Assembly (NCBI GenBank): GCA_943704425.1
Contig: CALSCP010001071.1
Coordinates: forward strand, 1-52,500
Length of the DNA: 52,500 nt
From: Ministeria vibrans ATCC 50519
Taxonomy: Eukaryota > Protista > Filasterea
Reading direction: 5' to 3'
Position 1 is the first letter of the stretch. Each line of letters begins with the position of its first letter. Shown one piece after another: positions 23,023 through 36,894 of this stretch. Below the pieces are notes generated by a model. The model had not been told where the DNA came from, ran no database searches, and saw nothing but the letters and a program-made list of their open reading frames with translations. A program made the position numbers and the translations under genes.

Positions 23023-24035
23023 TTATTGAAACGTGTGCGGGTCGTGTTGTCGCAGTTTTCTACAAGAAAACAATGAAAAGGGATAATAATAGTTTGACAC
23101 AAACTGACTTGTTAAGAGTAGGCTCTCTGTAGGAGACTGGCGTGGAGGTAGAGCGACGGCGGTTGCGTGAGATGGAAGGGGACTGCATAGGGACGGGTTC
23201 GTCTTCGTCGACCGTTTCGTAGGCGTCGTCGGGGTCCTGTACTACATGTCTAGGTGCGCTTGTTAGCGCCGTCTCTACATCATCTGCCAATGGCAGGTGC
23301 TCTTCTTTGTCATGAGGCAATGATGGCGACGGCGGCTGGTGCTGGTGCGGTATCTCTTCGCATTGGGGAGGTTTGAGCGAGTCTGAGCGTCGTTTGCTGA
23401 GACGACGCGGACGCGACTGTCGCCGGTTTCCTTGCATTGTGGACGACGGCGAGTCTAGGAATGGCAGTGCGTTGGTGTCGGTGAGGCTGACAAGGACAGA
23501 GAGAGTCGATCGTGCCTTGTCGACGTGCTTGAGACACAGTTCGGCTGCAGTCTAACAAAAAAAAAAAAAAGAGAGAAATATTGCGCGAGATTTTTTCATT
23601 CTTTTTTTCATTTTTTTTTGTCTTTGATTCTTTGTAAACGTACGTGAACTTCGGCGTAGATGCCGTTGCGCTGTGACGAGAGTTCTAGGCGAGCAGAGAC
23701 CACCTCTTCACGCAAGCGACGCACTTCTGTCTCCAGGACGCCACTGCGTTCGCGTTGCTCTGCTGCAAAAAACACGCTCTGTTTTCGTTTCCTTGATTTT
23801 CTTTTAGATATAAACATATAGTTAGTATACCTAGCTGCTTTGCGAGCATTGCATTATTTGCAGCAAGCGATGAGCTGCGTGATTTACTCGAATGTTTTCC
23901 TGAGAACAGCACAAAAGTGAAGAGAGAGAGTTGAAAACCTTTTTTGAGTTTTTTTGAGTCATGTGAACCTGTCGGGGACTCGGGCACGCTATATTTGGCA
24001 CCAAACACCAGTTGTGAAGAGTGTCTACGAGACAT
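23023..24035 (-). CDS. SGO1: Shugoshin, multi-exon
   Basis: N-terminal coiled coil (ANNAMLAKQLAEQRER) and C-terminal SGO motif RRRSTSTPVSYREPTLN-KLRQHDP, completed across the last intron. Confidence 0.85.
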
Positions 24036-24133
24036 GACAAAAAGAATAAGGAAAAATAAAAATTAATAGAAGAAAAAATAATATAAAACCAAATAACCCA
24101 TTCAATATCCGATCACTTCTAATTTCGCTTTTC

Positions 24134-25481
<1,348 letters not shown>

Positions 25482-25923
25482 CTGTAAGAAATTGTAAGAA
25501 AAACCGAAGAGTGAGAGGAGGGGAAAAAAGAGAGAAGAGGGAGAAATACACAAGGTGAGAGAGAGGACGGTGGGAGAGAAATGTTTGTATTGTAATGTAC
25601 AGAATGGAGAAGGAATGTCTTCTTTATGGTCATTTGAGATGGTCAAGTGTTCATGTGTACGTCCCTTTTTTATAGAAATTGTCTTGGGTGGTAATGACAG
25701 CAGTACTTGTTATTGTCGCATTGTAGGAAGTAATTTAAACGCTCATGTTACACTGTGATTCTAATGTCGCAAACTACATGACGCTGACTTATTTTTCGGA
25801 GTAATAATTTCCGTGGGAGTTTGGATCTTGTGTATGCAAAAGTGAGACGAAAAATGTTAATTAATAGTTGGGACGAAGGTGTAGTCTGTCTGACAAGGAG
25901 TAATTCAATCTCCAATGAATATC

Positions 25924-25926
<3 letters not shown>

Positions 25927-26014
<88 letters not shown>
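25927..26014 (+). repeat. (CA)n microsatellite
   Basis: Pure CA run. Confidence 0.95.
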
Positions 26015-26019
<5 letters not shown>

Positions 26020-26487
26020 CACCTTTCAGATTTTCCAATTTCGACGTAATACATAATGGCAAGAACATTACCGACGTCAGACGTCAGACAACCGTTTCAT
26101 GATTCAGTTTTCTGATAATTATATACTTATTTTGTTTGGTCTGATCTTTCAACTTTGACTCTCGACCAACGAAAAAAAACTGAAACTTAATTATAAAAAA
26201 AATCAAATTTTTGTCTCTTTCTGGCCAGTCACCGATTCACGCTATATTTGGGTCTTTTTTAACTCGCGCTCACCATGGCAACAACCTCGCAGACAACCAC
26301 TTTTTCTGGCCACAAATTCGCTTTTGTGGTCGGACGAAAAAAATTCGACGAAAAAATTCTCGGCCTTNNNNNNNNAAAAAAGTTTGTATTAATTTTGAAA
26401 AAAAAAAAAAAAAGGACAAGTTGAAAAAGGGCAAAGGATCACTTTGCGTTGTTGACACGCCTCTGTTTTGCCCAGGTTGTTGTGTGT

Positions 26488-29400
26488 ATGTCGCCACTAC
26501 GATCACTGCGGGACGCACTGCACACCATGCTGAGTCGGTGCCGTCTCAACGTTGACTTTCTCAGCGTCATTGAACTCGAATCGCGCCGACCCCTCTCCTG
26601 GCACACGTCGGTGCACTCGCTTGTCGTCGACGCCATTGCGCTTGAGTTCAAAGAGGGCTACGTGCCCCTTGCGACAGACAGGCCCGCGGACGGCCCAGCG
26701 GCGGCGGACGAGGCGGCAACAAGCAGTCGCAGGAGCGGGAGTGCGACCGTCATGCGCAAACGCACTAACATTGCTATGGAGCTGCTGTCGTCGGAGGAGC
26801 TCTATGTTGACATGCTCAGTGTGCTTGTTGAGAGTTTTCTGGTTCCCATGGCGCGAGGCCGCGTGCTCAACGAGATCGACCTCACCACTGTCTTTGGCAA
26901 TGTGCGCGACGTGCTGGAGGTCAATGCTGCCTTCCTTATACAGTTTCAGGCACAGATGAGCTCGTGGGATCCTATGCGCACCCAAATTGGGCCCCTCTTC
27001 CTTTCTCTTAATCCACACGTTGATCACTACGTCACCTACTGCAGTAACCACTCCAAGAGTGTTCAAACACTGCAAAAATGTCAGCAAAACAACGAGTCGT
27101 TTGCCACCTTTCTCGTCGACGTCCAACAGCGCCTCAAGTGCTCTCGCTCCAACGACATCTCCACCTACAACTCTCTCGATTCGCTCTTGCTTATGCCCGT
27201 CCAACGAATCCCGCGTTACCGTCTGCTGCTGGGCGAGCTCTTACATCTAACGCCACCCGAGCACCCCGACTACGAGCTGCTCACGCGTGCTGTCGAGTGG
27301 GTCAATAACACCGTCGAGGACCTCAACGAGAGCATCCGCCGCATCGAGAACGCCATCCAAGTGGCCGCCATCAACAAGTCCTTTCCCAGCGACACCATCC
27401 CGCCGTATCATCCCGCTCTCTCTACCGACATCAAATGGTCCATCCATCGCAGGTCACGTCGTTTTGTCAAAGAGGTAAAAAAAAAGAATGGATAGAATCC
27501 AAATGTACAAAAAAAAAAAGCAAAAAAAGCAATGACAATACGTCCTATGTATGTTGTATGTGTGTATTTATCTGTGCGTGTGTGTATGCGTGCACAGTTT
27601 TGCGGGGTATCTTTTGGTCTTTGTGGGGTGTGGTCGTTGTTGTGGTGTTTGTGTGTGTCTCTTCTGTGTGTAATGGTGCTTTGTTTCTTCAGGGATTTGT
27701 GCGGATGATGCAAGAGACGGGGGCCATGCGTGAGCGGTATTTGTTTCTTATGAGCGACTGCCTGTTGATTGCCAAGACGCGCTGGAGCCCCCTGGACAAG
27801 AGCACCACATACCGTCTCAAGGAGTGCGTGTCAAACCACCTGGCGTGGGTGGGTCCCGCGCTGATGGGCAGCGCCGACGACGCCGTCTCTTTTGTGGTTC
27901 ATTGGAGCGGTACCAGCGCTCCTCCATCACCCATTAAGTTTGCGGTCGCCTCGGTGACACTGCGCGACCAATGGGTTGCCGCACTCAGCGAGAACATTCG
28001 CGAGGAGCGGTCACGTCTGTTGCCCCAGGAGCCCATGACCATCGCCGTGGCGTTTCCCGACGCCGCTTCGATTGTCTCGGCGGCCACACGAAGTGGCTCG
28101 GGCAACACCATGACGACGGTAGACGTGACTGTGCACGACACGGCCGAAGATGTGCGTGCGCTTATTCTGAGTCGTTGGGACATTCGACTTCAATCGGCAC
28201 CTTCTTACGCCATGTACGAGCTCAGCAGTCGTCTGCCCGACGGCATGCGTCGACTTGCTGATGCCGAGTTTGTGCTTGATGGCACCCCTCGCGAGCCCAC
28301 TGTCTCCTTCTCGGCCGGTCTTCCCAACAAACTGCGTCGTTTTGTGTTGCGTCGTCACGGACCTGCTCCCCCCGAACTCCGCGGACCCGGCTCGTCATCG
28401 TCGTTGTCGTCGTCGTTGTCGCCATCGTCGAGCGCATTGGCAATAACGTCCGCCGCCAGGATGACTGCGGCGCAGGCGCATGGCGGAGACGCGAGTGGGG
28501 CGTCGATGACGGTGACGACGAATGGGGCGCAGGACGAGATGGCGCCGCGCAAAACGTCGGGTACTCTTCGCAAAATGTTTACGCGCTACAAGAGCAGTCA
28601 TAGGTGGAGTGCGAGTCATGAGCAGGCAGTGATGGAGGCCACGGGTGCTATGAAGAAACGATCGACTTCAGTGAGTGCCGGATCGCTCCCACGCGAACAT
28701 GCACACTCCCTTGTGCTGCCGAGCCCGCCTCGAGCCATCTCTAGCAACTTTGGAATGTCTCTGTCGCAAGGCGACTTGGCAGCTGCGGCATCGTCGACGG
28801 CAGCATCGTCGCCCATCAACGGGCCAGCGCCGGACTCGAACACGGGCAGTACTGCATCCTTGGAGTCGCGCATTCTTGCCGCCGCACAACTGCAGTCGGG
28901 CTCTCCTGCCGGATCAATACTCGCCAATGGCAGTGCGTCCTCGCTTGGAGCACTTCGCTCTTCGGTACGTCTCACTGCGTCGCACGAGTGCATTCCGGAG
29001 GACACCCGAGGCACCTTCAACGAAAGTGACGCCGCCGCTGCCGCCGCGTCTGTTGAGGGCGGGAAGGGCGCCTCTCACACGGCGGGTAGTACGCTGACAC
29101 GCTCACGGTCGCTTTCGGACGATCAGGCGGCGTCAGCTTTAGCCCACGGACGCTCGACTGACGACCAAGAGTCGTTGACGTCGCCACCACCCACTCATTC
29201 ATCGGGCTTTTTTGGCCAGCCCCTGAGTGCTCTGTTGGGCGACGCCGGCGAGTTACCACAACCTCTCGAAGAAATGTTGCAAGTGTTACTCGCGCGTGGT
29301 CCCAGCACACCCGGCGTGTTTCGCCGGCCTGGCGACGATCAACTACTCAAGGGACTAGTGCTTGCGCTGGACAAGGGTCTGTGGGTGGACCTGTCGGATG

Positions 29401-30473
29401 TGCCAGTGCTTGTGCTGGGCTCGCTGCTCAAACGCTTTCTGCGACGACTGCCCGACTGTGTGCTGGGCTCGGCCAATTACGAGAAGTGGGTGATGGCTGC
29501 GACCGATGACATGGCGGGCAGTGCGCGCGTGAAGCGACTGCGGCAGCTGCTCAAGCGCATTCCAAATGAGAGCCGGACGTTGCTCTGTCGCGTCATTGGC
29601 ATCATGTCGGCCATAGCAGCGGCCGTGCAACTCAATCAGATGTCGTCGCGCTCTCTCTCGGTGTGTCTCGGTCCCTGCATGCTGTGGCCGTCGGTCGATC
29701 ACGGTGGCTCGCACGTGGGACTGGCACTTCAAAAGGATGCGCCAATGCTGTTTGAGTTTATTCTGGCACACTCGCCGGCGCTCTTTGGGGCGGAGGTTGT
29801 CGCTGCGAGTGGCGTCGACTCGTTCCTGTCACTTGCTCTCCCCGTGTCACGGTTTGCGCCGGTGCTGATTCCAGACACGGCGCGTCGACAGGCGTCTCTG
29901 GCATCTACCTCGTTGGTGCGCTGTCCGCGCTCGCTGCCGGCCGCAGCGTTCCCCACCTTGGCGACTCTGCCCGCCGAACAGGGCGCTGCCGCTTCGTCTG
30001 AGGCGCATGAAGACGGAGGTGCGCCTATGAGCTTTCTGGGCGAGTGTCCACCTGCGGGCGCACCGTCGTCGGGTTTGTCATCGCACACTCGTCGTCGCAC
30101 GACAGGGGGTGGAATTGAGCTGAGCCATGATATGGTTGGGAATGAGGAGATTACAACGACGACAACCTCGACCACGACGACAACGAATCCCATGCAACTG
30201 ACAATCAACACCAATGCAATGTCACCGACGTCACGCTTGTCGCGCGGTACGGCACACCCCACGCAAACAATGGCGTGTGGGCGGCCGTCGCCCAGCTTGA
30301 GTCCACGACGACGTGTGTTACCACCCGACCCGGGCATTCAGGTGTATGACCAAGACGAGCTGACGACGGACGTCGATGCAGTGCGACGTCAGTTGGTGGC
30401 ACACCGCCTGGACGACCAGCTGGTGGGACATCGCATATCCGACTCAAAGGATCTCATTGAGTCTGTCTTGTAA
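26488..30473 (+). CDS. RhoGEF(DH)-PH-RA-RhoGAP multidomain protein (ARHGAP20-like plus DH); start uncertain near an N gap
   Basis: DH: RTNIAMELLSSEELYV...LLLMPVQRIPRYRLLL. PH: ERYLFLMSDCLLIAK...RDQWV. A ubiquitin-like RA segment follows. GAP: FFGQPL...GVFRRPG...LLKRFLRRLP...NQMSSRSLSVCLGP. Intron at about 27475-27692. Confidence 0.88.
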
Positions 30474-30670
30474 ATAGAAGTAAATAGAATCAATAATAAT
30501 TATTTTCATTATGGTGTGGTAAAGAGACAAAGTTGTAAAGAGAGAGAATCAATGTGATAGGCATAGTGCTTAGTGTGGATACGCGTGTATGTCTAACGCG
30601 CGCGTGTGTGTGTGGTTTAAATTTCGCGGTATAGCATAATATACAATTATTATTATTGTGTTTATTAGAA

Positions 30671-30776
30671 TCATTTTGATACTCGTGCGACGTGCGCATG
30701 TGCCAAGTGGTGTCGAACAAAACGCTCAAGTTTCAACAAAGCCTACGTAGATCGGGTGGTTAGGGGTATGAGACGA

Positions 30777-30860
<84 letters not shown>

Positions 30861-30889
30861 TATAGAAAATAAAGAGGCAATCATGATAA

Positions 30890-30922
<33 letters not shown>

Positions 30923-30932
30923 TATAATTATT

Positions 30933-30968
<36 letters not shown>

Positions 30969-31892
30969 CTTTCGAGGCATTAAAAGCGTGTCTGTGTTTG
31001 CGGCTGGTTTACCTTTTCTTCGGGGAAGCTGGGTGTAGAGTGAAGTGCGCGAACAGTGGCGCAGAATTGGTTGAAGTCGACGAGGAACTCGTCGATGGTG
31101 CGGTATCGGGAGGTGAGAGAGCGATTCTCTAGTACGTGAAGCTCAACAGGCTACGACGAGAAAGAGAAAAAACGGTGAGGCAATAGAAGCAGGCATGGAT
31201 CGACATTTGTTTGTACTCGGCTGACACAAGCACGCACACGCTCGAGAAGAGCACTGGAGAGGGGCGTGGCAAAGAGAGGGTAGGAGGGATGAGCATGAAT
31301 CTTGCTGAGGAGCAAACGGAAGCATTCGGTGAGAGAGCGGCCGGTGAGAAGGGGCGGCGCGAGGTGAAGGCCGGCGGCGCGTACTGCGGGGATGCGGGTG
31401 GCAGGGCCAAGAGGGAAAAGGGACGGGGCAAGGCCTTTGTGCACGGGTGGGGTGGCAGTGCGGGAGTGGATGAGGGCACGAAGAGCGAGACGTTGGGTGT
31501 GGACGACGTCGTGGAGGCGCGCGTAAGGATAGATGGGGTCGAGTGGACATGCCATAAAATGAGCACCCTCGTAGTGCTTGACATAGCCAACGTAGGCGTC
31601 GGGCGGTAGGGCAACGCTCATGCTGAAGCCCTGCTTGCGGAAGTAGCCTAGTGCGGTAGTGTCAGCAAATGTGATGATCCAGCGCACACTTCCTGTAGTT
31701 GTGCACAGATGTTCTTTCAGCAGATTCATAATGTAAGTGCCATAGCCCTACAGAAAAGAGAAAGGAGGAGTAAATAATAATGATAAAAAGGTAATAATAA
31801 TAAAAAGTAGAAAAATTATTAATAATAACTAATAATAATAAAAAATAATGGTAATCATAATCATAATAATAATCATAACAAAGATAGGGATC

Positions 31893-31989
<97 letters not shown>

Positions 31990-33979
31990 GAGTTTGAAGG
32001 AACAAGGTGAACGAGAGAAAACGAGAGGACGAAAGGAGGAGAAGAAACGAAATGATAATAAAACGCTAGAGAGAAAGAACAAAAGTAATATATATATATA
32101 GCAACCAAATGCAGTCAAGACAACGTTAAGATCAAACCTTGATTTGTTCGGTGCTGGAGACGGCACAAAAGACGACCTCGGCAAAGCCCTGGTCGGGAAA
32201 AGGGCGGTAGCAGATAGCGCCAATGACGCGGTTGTGTTTGAGGAGAAGCAGATTGGCGTGACGGCGATCGAAGACAGTGCGGCTGATGTAGGCATTGTTC
32301 ATGTTGGGGATCTGGCGGGCAAACAGATTCTTGGCATCCATGAGCCAGACAGCGTGCTCAGGCACCACAGAGCCGGCCGGGGCTGTGTTGGAGACAACCC
32401 GGTAACATAAATGACCCTGGTGATGCTCGCGTGTGGGCCGGTGCTGGTCTGGCAGGGGCGACTGTGCATCGAGGGAATCTGAAAGGGCGGCGACTGCCAG
32501 ACGGCAATCGCTGCTTCGAAAGGCACCCGTCAGGTGAGTTGTCAGAGGCTTGACCTGCGTGTCGTCGTCGTCGTCGTCGTCGTCGTCAACCTCGTCCATG
32601 TGCATCTCATCCGCCGTGTGTACAGTCGGGTCTCCCACAGACTGTTGCGGCAGTTGCTGCTGCTGCAATGAGGCTTGGTGCTTGTCCACTCCCTTCTTCT
32701 TCTTGTACTCCTTTTTTGGTTTCTTCTCGCCCTTGAGGCGTTTCGCAGGTGGACCGCCATCAACAAAGCCTTCTGCAGCATGACTGCTGGCGGCGTCGTC
32801 GCCGTCGCCGTTGGCGTCGGCAAGGGCTGGTGGTGGTGGTGGTGGGCGCTTGAGTGAGCGAGGAGGGACGTTTGCACCGAGCAGAGGCACATTGAGAACA
32901 GCATCGTCGTTGTTGGGCATGGCCAACGACTGACGGTGGAGTTCGGCAAAGTTGGGCAGCCAAGTGATGCAAAGAGGTGACTGGATGTCGGCAAGGAGGT
33001 TGTCGAGGAAGTCAGGGATGACCTGCTGGAGGGAAGCGTTTGCATGGCGTGCATTGTTGAGGATCTGCTGACGACAGTGAGGCAGTAGAGATTGCAAGAA
33101 GGAGCGTCCAAAGATGCGAGAGACGTACAACTGTCGCACAGCGGACAATTTAGGCGGGGTACCGTCGAGAGGCGAGCAGTAGTGTTGCCAGCGCAGGAAG
33201 TTGAGTTCGCCGACGAGGGCCGCGTCGAGCAGCTGCGTGGTGCACACGACCCGCTGCACAATTACCGACGCCTGTTCGTACAGGCGCCGCAACGACGGTG
33301 TGCACGAGGAGCCCGCAATGACCCGAACAAAGTTCTGCATGCCTGCATCGATGGCAGGCGGTTCGAATGGCGGTGAGCCTATTCTGTCGATACTCGCGCG
33401 CATCTCGGCAGCACCCCGTGCGAGCAAGTCTACTGTGGACTCAAGGGGCCCTGACCCATGGGCGGACTTTCCATTGCACTGCGCAAGCGCCTCGCGAAGC
33501 GTCACAACCTGAGCAACGAGATGTTTGTGTCAACAATGAGTATGATGATTCTTCATTGATCCTACCGTCTTTTCAAGGACAATTCTGTGTGAATTTTCGC
33601 TCGTAGACTGTGCCACTGTCCAGGAGCGTTCCATGATGGCAATGTCAAGAAGTCTGCGAGACAATTCGGCAATCGGCAGCGACAGCAGATTTCCGTGTTG
33701 CCCAAACGAATGGGCGCAGTTGGCGCACGATTGGAGCGTCGCGTGGCCCCCGGGGGCGTCGACAGGCACAAATCCGGCACAAGCACACCGCGTCTGGGCA
33801 CACTGGGTGTAGCCAGCGACCTAGCGTCGTCGTCGTCGTCGTAGTGCAGGTGAGAACAAAAGAACAATATGCCAGGGTTGTTGTACCTTCAGAAGTTGAC
33901 TTTCAAATGCCGCCGTAGACATGTGGGCACCACGAGCCGCAGCACCTTGGGCTGGTGAGGCGTTTGATCGTCGTGACAT
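30671..33979 (-). CDS. KAT2: GCN5/PCAF (KAT2) histone acetyltransferase with PCAF-N domain and a divergent bromodomain, multi-exon
   Basis: PCAF-N Cys/His motif (CANCAH), FLRWQHYC, IFGRSFL; GNAT KNLFARQIPNM, FAEVVFCAV, QIK-GYGTYIMN, TFAD..ALGYFRKQGF and GYVKHYEGA. Confidence 0.9.
30781..30966 (+). repeat. (TAA)n intronic microsatellites
   Basis: TAA runs in the last KAT2 intron. Confidence 0.9.
31896..31986 (+). repeat. (GA)n intronic microsatellite
   Basis: Pure GA run. Confidence 0.95.
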
Positions 33980-34140
33980 GAAAATATGTGCGTCATTTCT
34001 ATTTTCTAGTAATTATCATCAGTCACGCACTCAAACTACTCTTCGTCGTCGCAATTCACATAAATTACATAAATAATTACATTGTATTTGAGATTTTCGA
34101 GTAGTTCAGAGCCGAAAAAAAGAATTGAAAAGAGGTAAAC

Positions 34141-34784
34141 ATGCCTCCGGTGTCGACGTTTGTGGAGAAGGGCGACGTACGTACGCTGCGACAGCTTCAC
34201 CATGGAAACGTACAATTCGAGGCGGCCGACGCACGATTGGCCGCACGTCTTGGACGTGTGGAATGCTTAGCAGTGTTTTGCAAGGCAAACGTGGACCTGA
34301 ACCAGGGCGACGAAGACACATACCAAACGTGTGCACACCAGGCAGCCGCAAAGGTTTGAAAGAAGTGCTGTTAACTTATTAATAATAATAATATTAATAT
34401 TATTATTGTTCTAATTTTCAGGGCCACCTGAAGACACTTCAATGGTTAGGAGCACACGGAAGTGATTTGTGGCAACGCGACCGTGCTGGAAATACTCCAT
34501 TGCATTTGGCGTCGATGAACGACGAGACTGGCGGTGTGTGTGTGTTTTTGGCGACAACGCAGATTGGCGGCCAAGCACCAAACCTTGCATGCTGCAACGG
34601 ACAAGGTGACACGCCACTGCACATGTCCGCAAGGAACGGAGCAGTGACCAACTTGAGAGCGTTGATGAAGCTTGCTCCGGCGAGTACGATACAGCTGCAG
34701 AATGGACGTCAGGCGCGTGCAGTGGACGAGGCGCGCGAGCACGGCCACAGGAATTGTGTTGCATTGCTTGAACACGCCAAGTAG
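34141..34784 (+). CDS. Small ankyrin-repeat protein (2 exons)
   Basis: TCAHQAAAK-GHLKTL, GNTPLHLA and GDTPLHMSARNG; intron at about 34354-34421. Confidence 0.88.
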
Positions 34785-34859
34785 ACCACCATTGAGTATG
34801 TGGACAGCAGAAAAGTGTACAATTGAAAAACACCAGTCACCAGAGAAAATCAACAATCG

Positions 34860-35148
34860 GGCGATTTGGTGGGTGTGATGCTGAAGAGTCGTTCGAGTTC
34901 GTTCAAGTCGATGTCCAACGACGCAGAGAGGCGACTCTGTCTGTGTGACGGCCCAGCAAAATTCAAGTACTTTGGCAATTAGGTGGGTGTGATGCTGAAG
35001 AGTCGTTCGAGTTCGTTCAAGTCGATGTCCAACGACGCAGAGAGGCGACTCCGTCTGTGTGACGGCCCAGCAAAATTCAAGTACTTTGGCGATTAGGTGG
35101 GTGTGATGCTGAAGAGTCGTTCGAGTTCGTTCAAGTCGATGTCCAACG
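34860..35148 (-). repeat. 114-bp tandem repeat made of extra copies of the ATMIN 3' coding end
   Basis: Units start at 34860, 34974 and 35088. Confidence 0.92.
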
Positions 35149-36319
35149 TCTGGGTAAAGATGTCCACACAGAGAGGCGATTCTGTCTGTGTGACGGCCCA
35201 GCAGACGTCACGCGCTTCGAGCGTTGTAGTGTCCTGATAAAAAGTAGAGGAGGAGAGCGACGGAGTCTGTGTGCTTGAAGAACTTGACGAGTGGTATGAA
35301 GCAGCGGAGGCGCTTGGAAAATACGCAGTTTGTGTTGAAATTGAATTGACCGACTGACCGGGTTTGCTCGATGGAACTAACGACGACGCTTGTGTTAATG
35401 AGGTTTGGACACCCCGTGAACCAACTGGTACACGGAGAGTTTGTGTTTCAGTGGAGATGGCGAGGGAAAAAGCAGATGCCGACTCGTGCGCAATGTCGAC
35501 CTGCGTTCCTGCAGAGGACACGGAGCAAGGGAGTAGCGGTGTTTGCTGTTCGAGAACCAGCGTCAAATGTGAGAGGGCGGAAGTCTGCGTCGCGTCGTCA
35601 GTGTGATGCGCATGCAGGCTGTATGGACAAGAGGCCTGGCGTGGCTGCAGAGCCGCTTGCACTTGAGAGGCGTGACCAACTCCAACTGCTTGCACTTGAG
35701 CGGCGTGACCAACTCCAACTGCTTGCGCTTGAGAAGCGTGACCAACTCCAACTGCTTGCACTTGAGAGGCGTGACCAACTCCAACTGCTTGCACTTGAGA
35801 GGCGTGACCAACTCCAACTGCTTGAACTTGAGAGGCGTGACCAACTCCAACTGCTTGCGCTTGAGAGGCGTGGGGTGGCTGCAGAACTGCTTGTGCTTTG
35901 CGACAGGTTCGGGTGCGACGGGTGTGACGCTGAAAGGTTTCTCGTGTCGCATATTCGTGCTGACAATGGGAACACAGGTAGACGAGGCCACAGGCGGCTT
36001 GGTGGCGACTCCGCTTGGTTGACGATGCAAACATTTTGTCACATCTGCCACAGATGAACTCAGGGGCGCAGTGTGTCGAAACAAAGTGCTATAGAGAGAG
36101 AAACAAGAGGAGGCGAGGCATGAGAGACACAGTAACGGCTGGGGACACTACCGTGTGCACCTGTTTGAGGTTGTTGTAGCGATCAAATGGACGAGTGGCG
36201 CGTTCGCATTCTCGCTCGGGACAGAAAAAACGGGTTGTCGCGTCGTATCGGCGTTCTCGTGCCCTCGTCACAAGCTGAGTTCGAGAGGGCACCACATCAT
36301 TTGATTGTTGATGGTCCAT
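35093..36319 (-). CDS. ATMIN: ATMIN/ASCIZ zinc-finger transcription factor with LC8-binding TQT motifs (2 exons)
   Basis: FFCPERECERATRPFDRYNNLKQ-HFVSTH..CGRC..RH..CG..YLC matches the recalled ASCIZ fingers. Downstream motifs are DDATQT, STETQT, SRGVQT, SISTQT, SSSTQT, WAVTQT and DIFTQT. Confidence 0.88.
35655..35872 (-). repeat. 33-bp coding minisatellite (HASQVQAVGVG) x about 6.5
   Basis: gcttgcacttgagaggcgtgaccaactccaact repeated on the + strand. Confidence 0.93.
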
Positions 36320-36619
36320 GGCAAGGACGAAATAAATGACTCGTTCAGTCGATAAAGTTAATAACTCTTAGATTGTCCAGCAGAAATACAAATCGCTTGG
36401 TCAAAAAAAATAATAATCACAACGGACAGTCGGCGTCCCAATTTCCTTTGCAACCGAGTCAAGATATTAAAAATGGATTAATTCATGTGTTTGTTACAAT
36501 ACAAAAGAGAAGAGGGAGAGAGAGAAATCTTGCGCATCTTCTGCGCAAGAAAGCGAGAAAGGGCAGAAAACGTGGGAGAATGATTGGTCAAGAAGAAGAA
36601 GAGAGTAAGTGAGCGAGCG

Positions 36620-36647
36620 AAAGAGAGAGAGAGAAAGAAAGAAAGAA

Positions 36648-36739
<92 letters not shown>

Positions 36740-36802
36740 AAGAGAGAGAAAGTGATAGAGAGAGAAGCAAAGTGATAGAGAGAGAGAGAGAGAGAGAGAG
36801 AG
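36620..36802 (+). repeat. (GA)n microsatellite
   Basis: Long GA runs. Confidence 0.93.
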
Positions 36803-36894
36803 GAGAAGGCGAGTGAGGGTTGTGAGTGCGTCAGGGAAGAGGAGGGGGAGAGAGCAAAGGAGGGGGAAAGCGGGGGTGTGGAGTGGTTTGCGGG

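Noticed and set aside
26368-26375. N runs (also at 43335-43344)
   Set aside because: Assembly gaps; they only add uncertainty to the RhoGEF/GAP start and the GT8 model.
34141-34784. Ankyrin protein as an RNase L-like 2-5A sensor
   Set aside because: It is 17 kb from the NTase, has no kinase or KEN domain, and nothing links the two.
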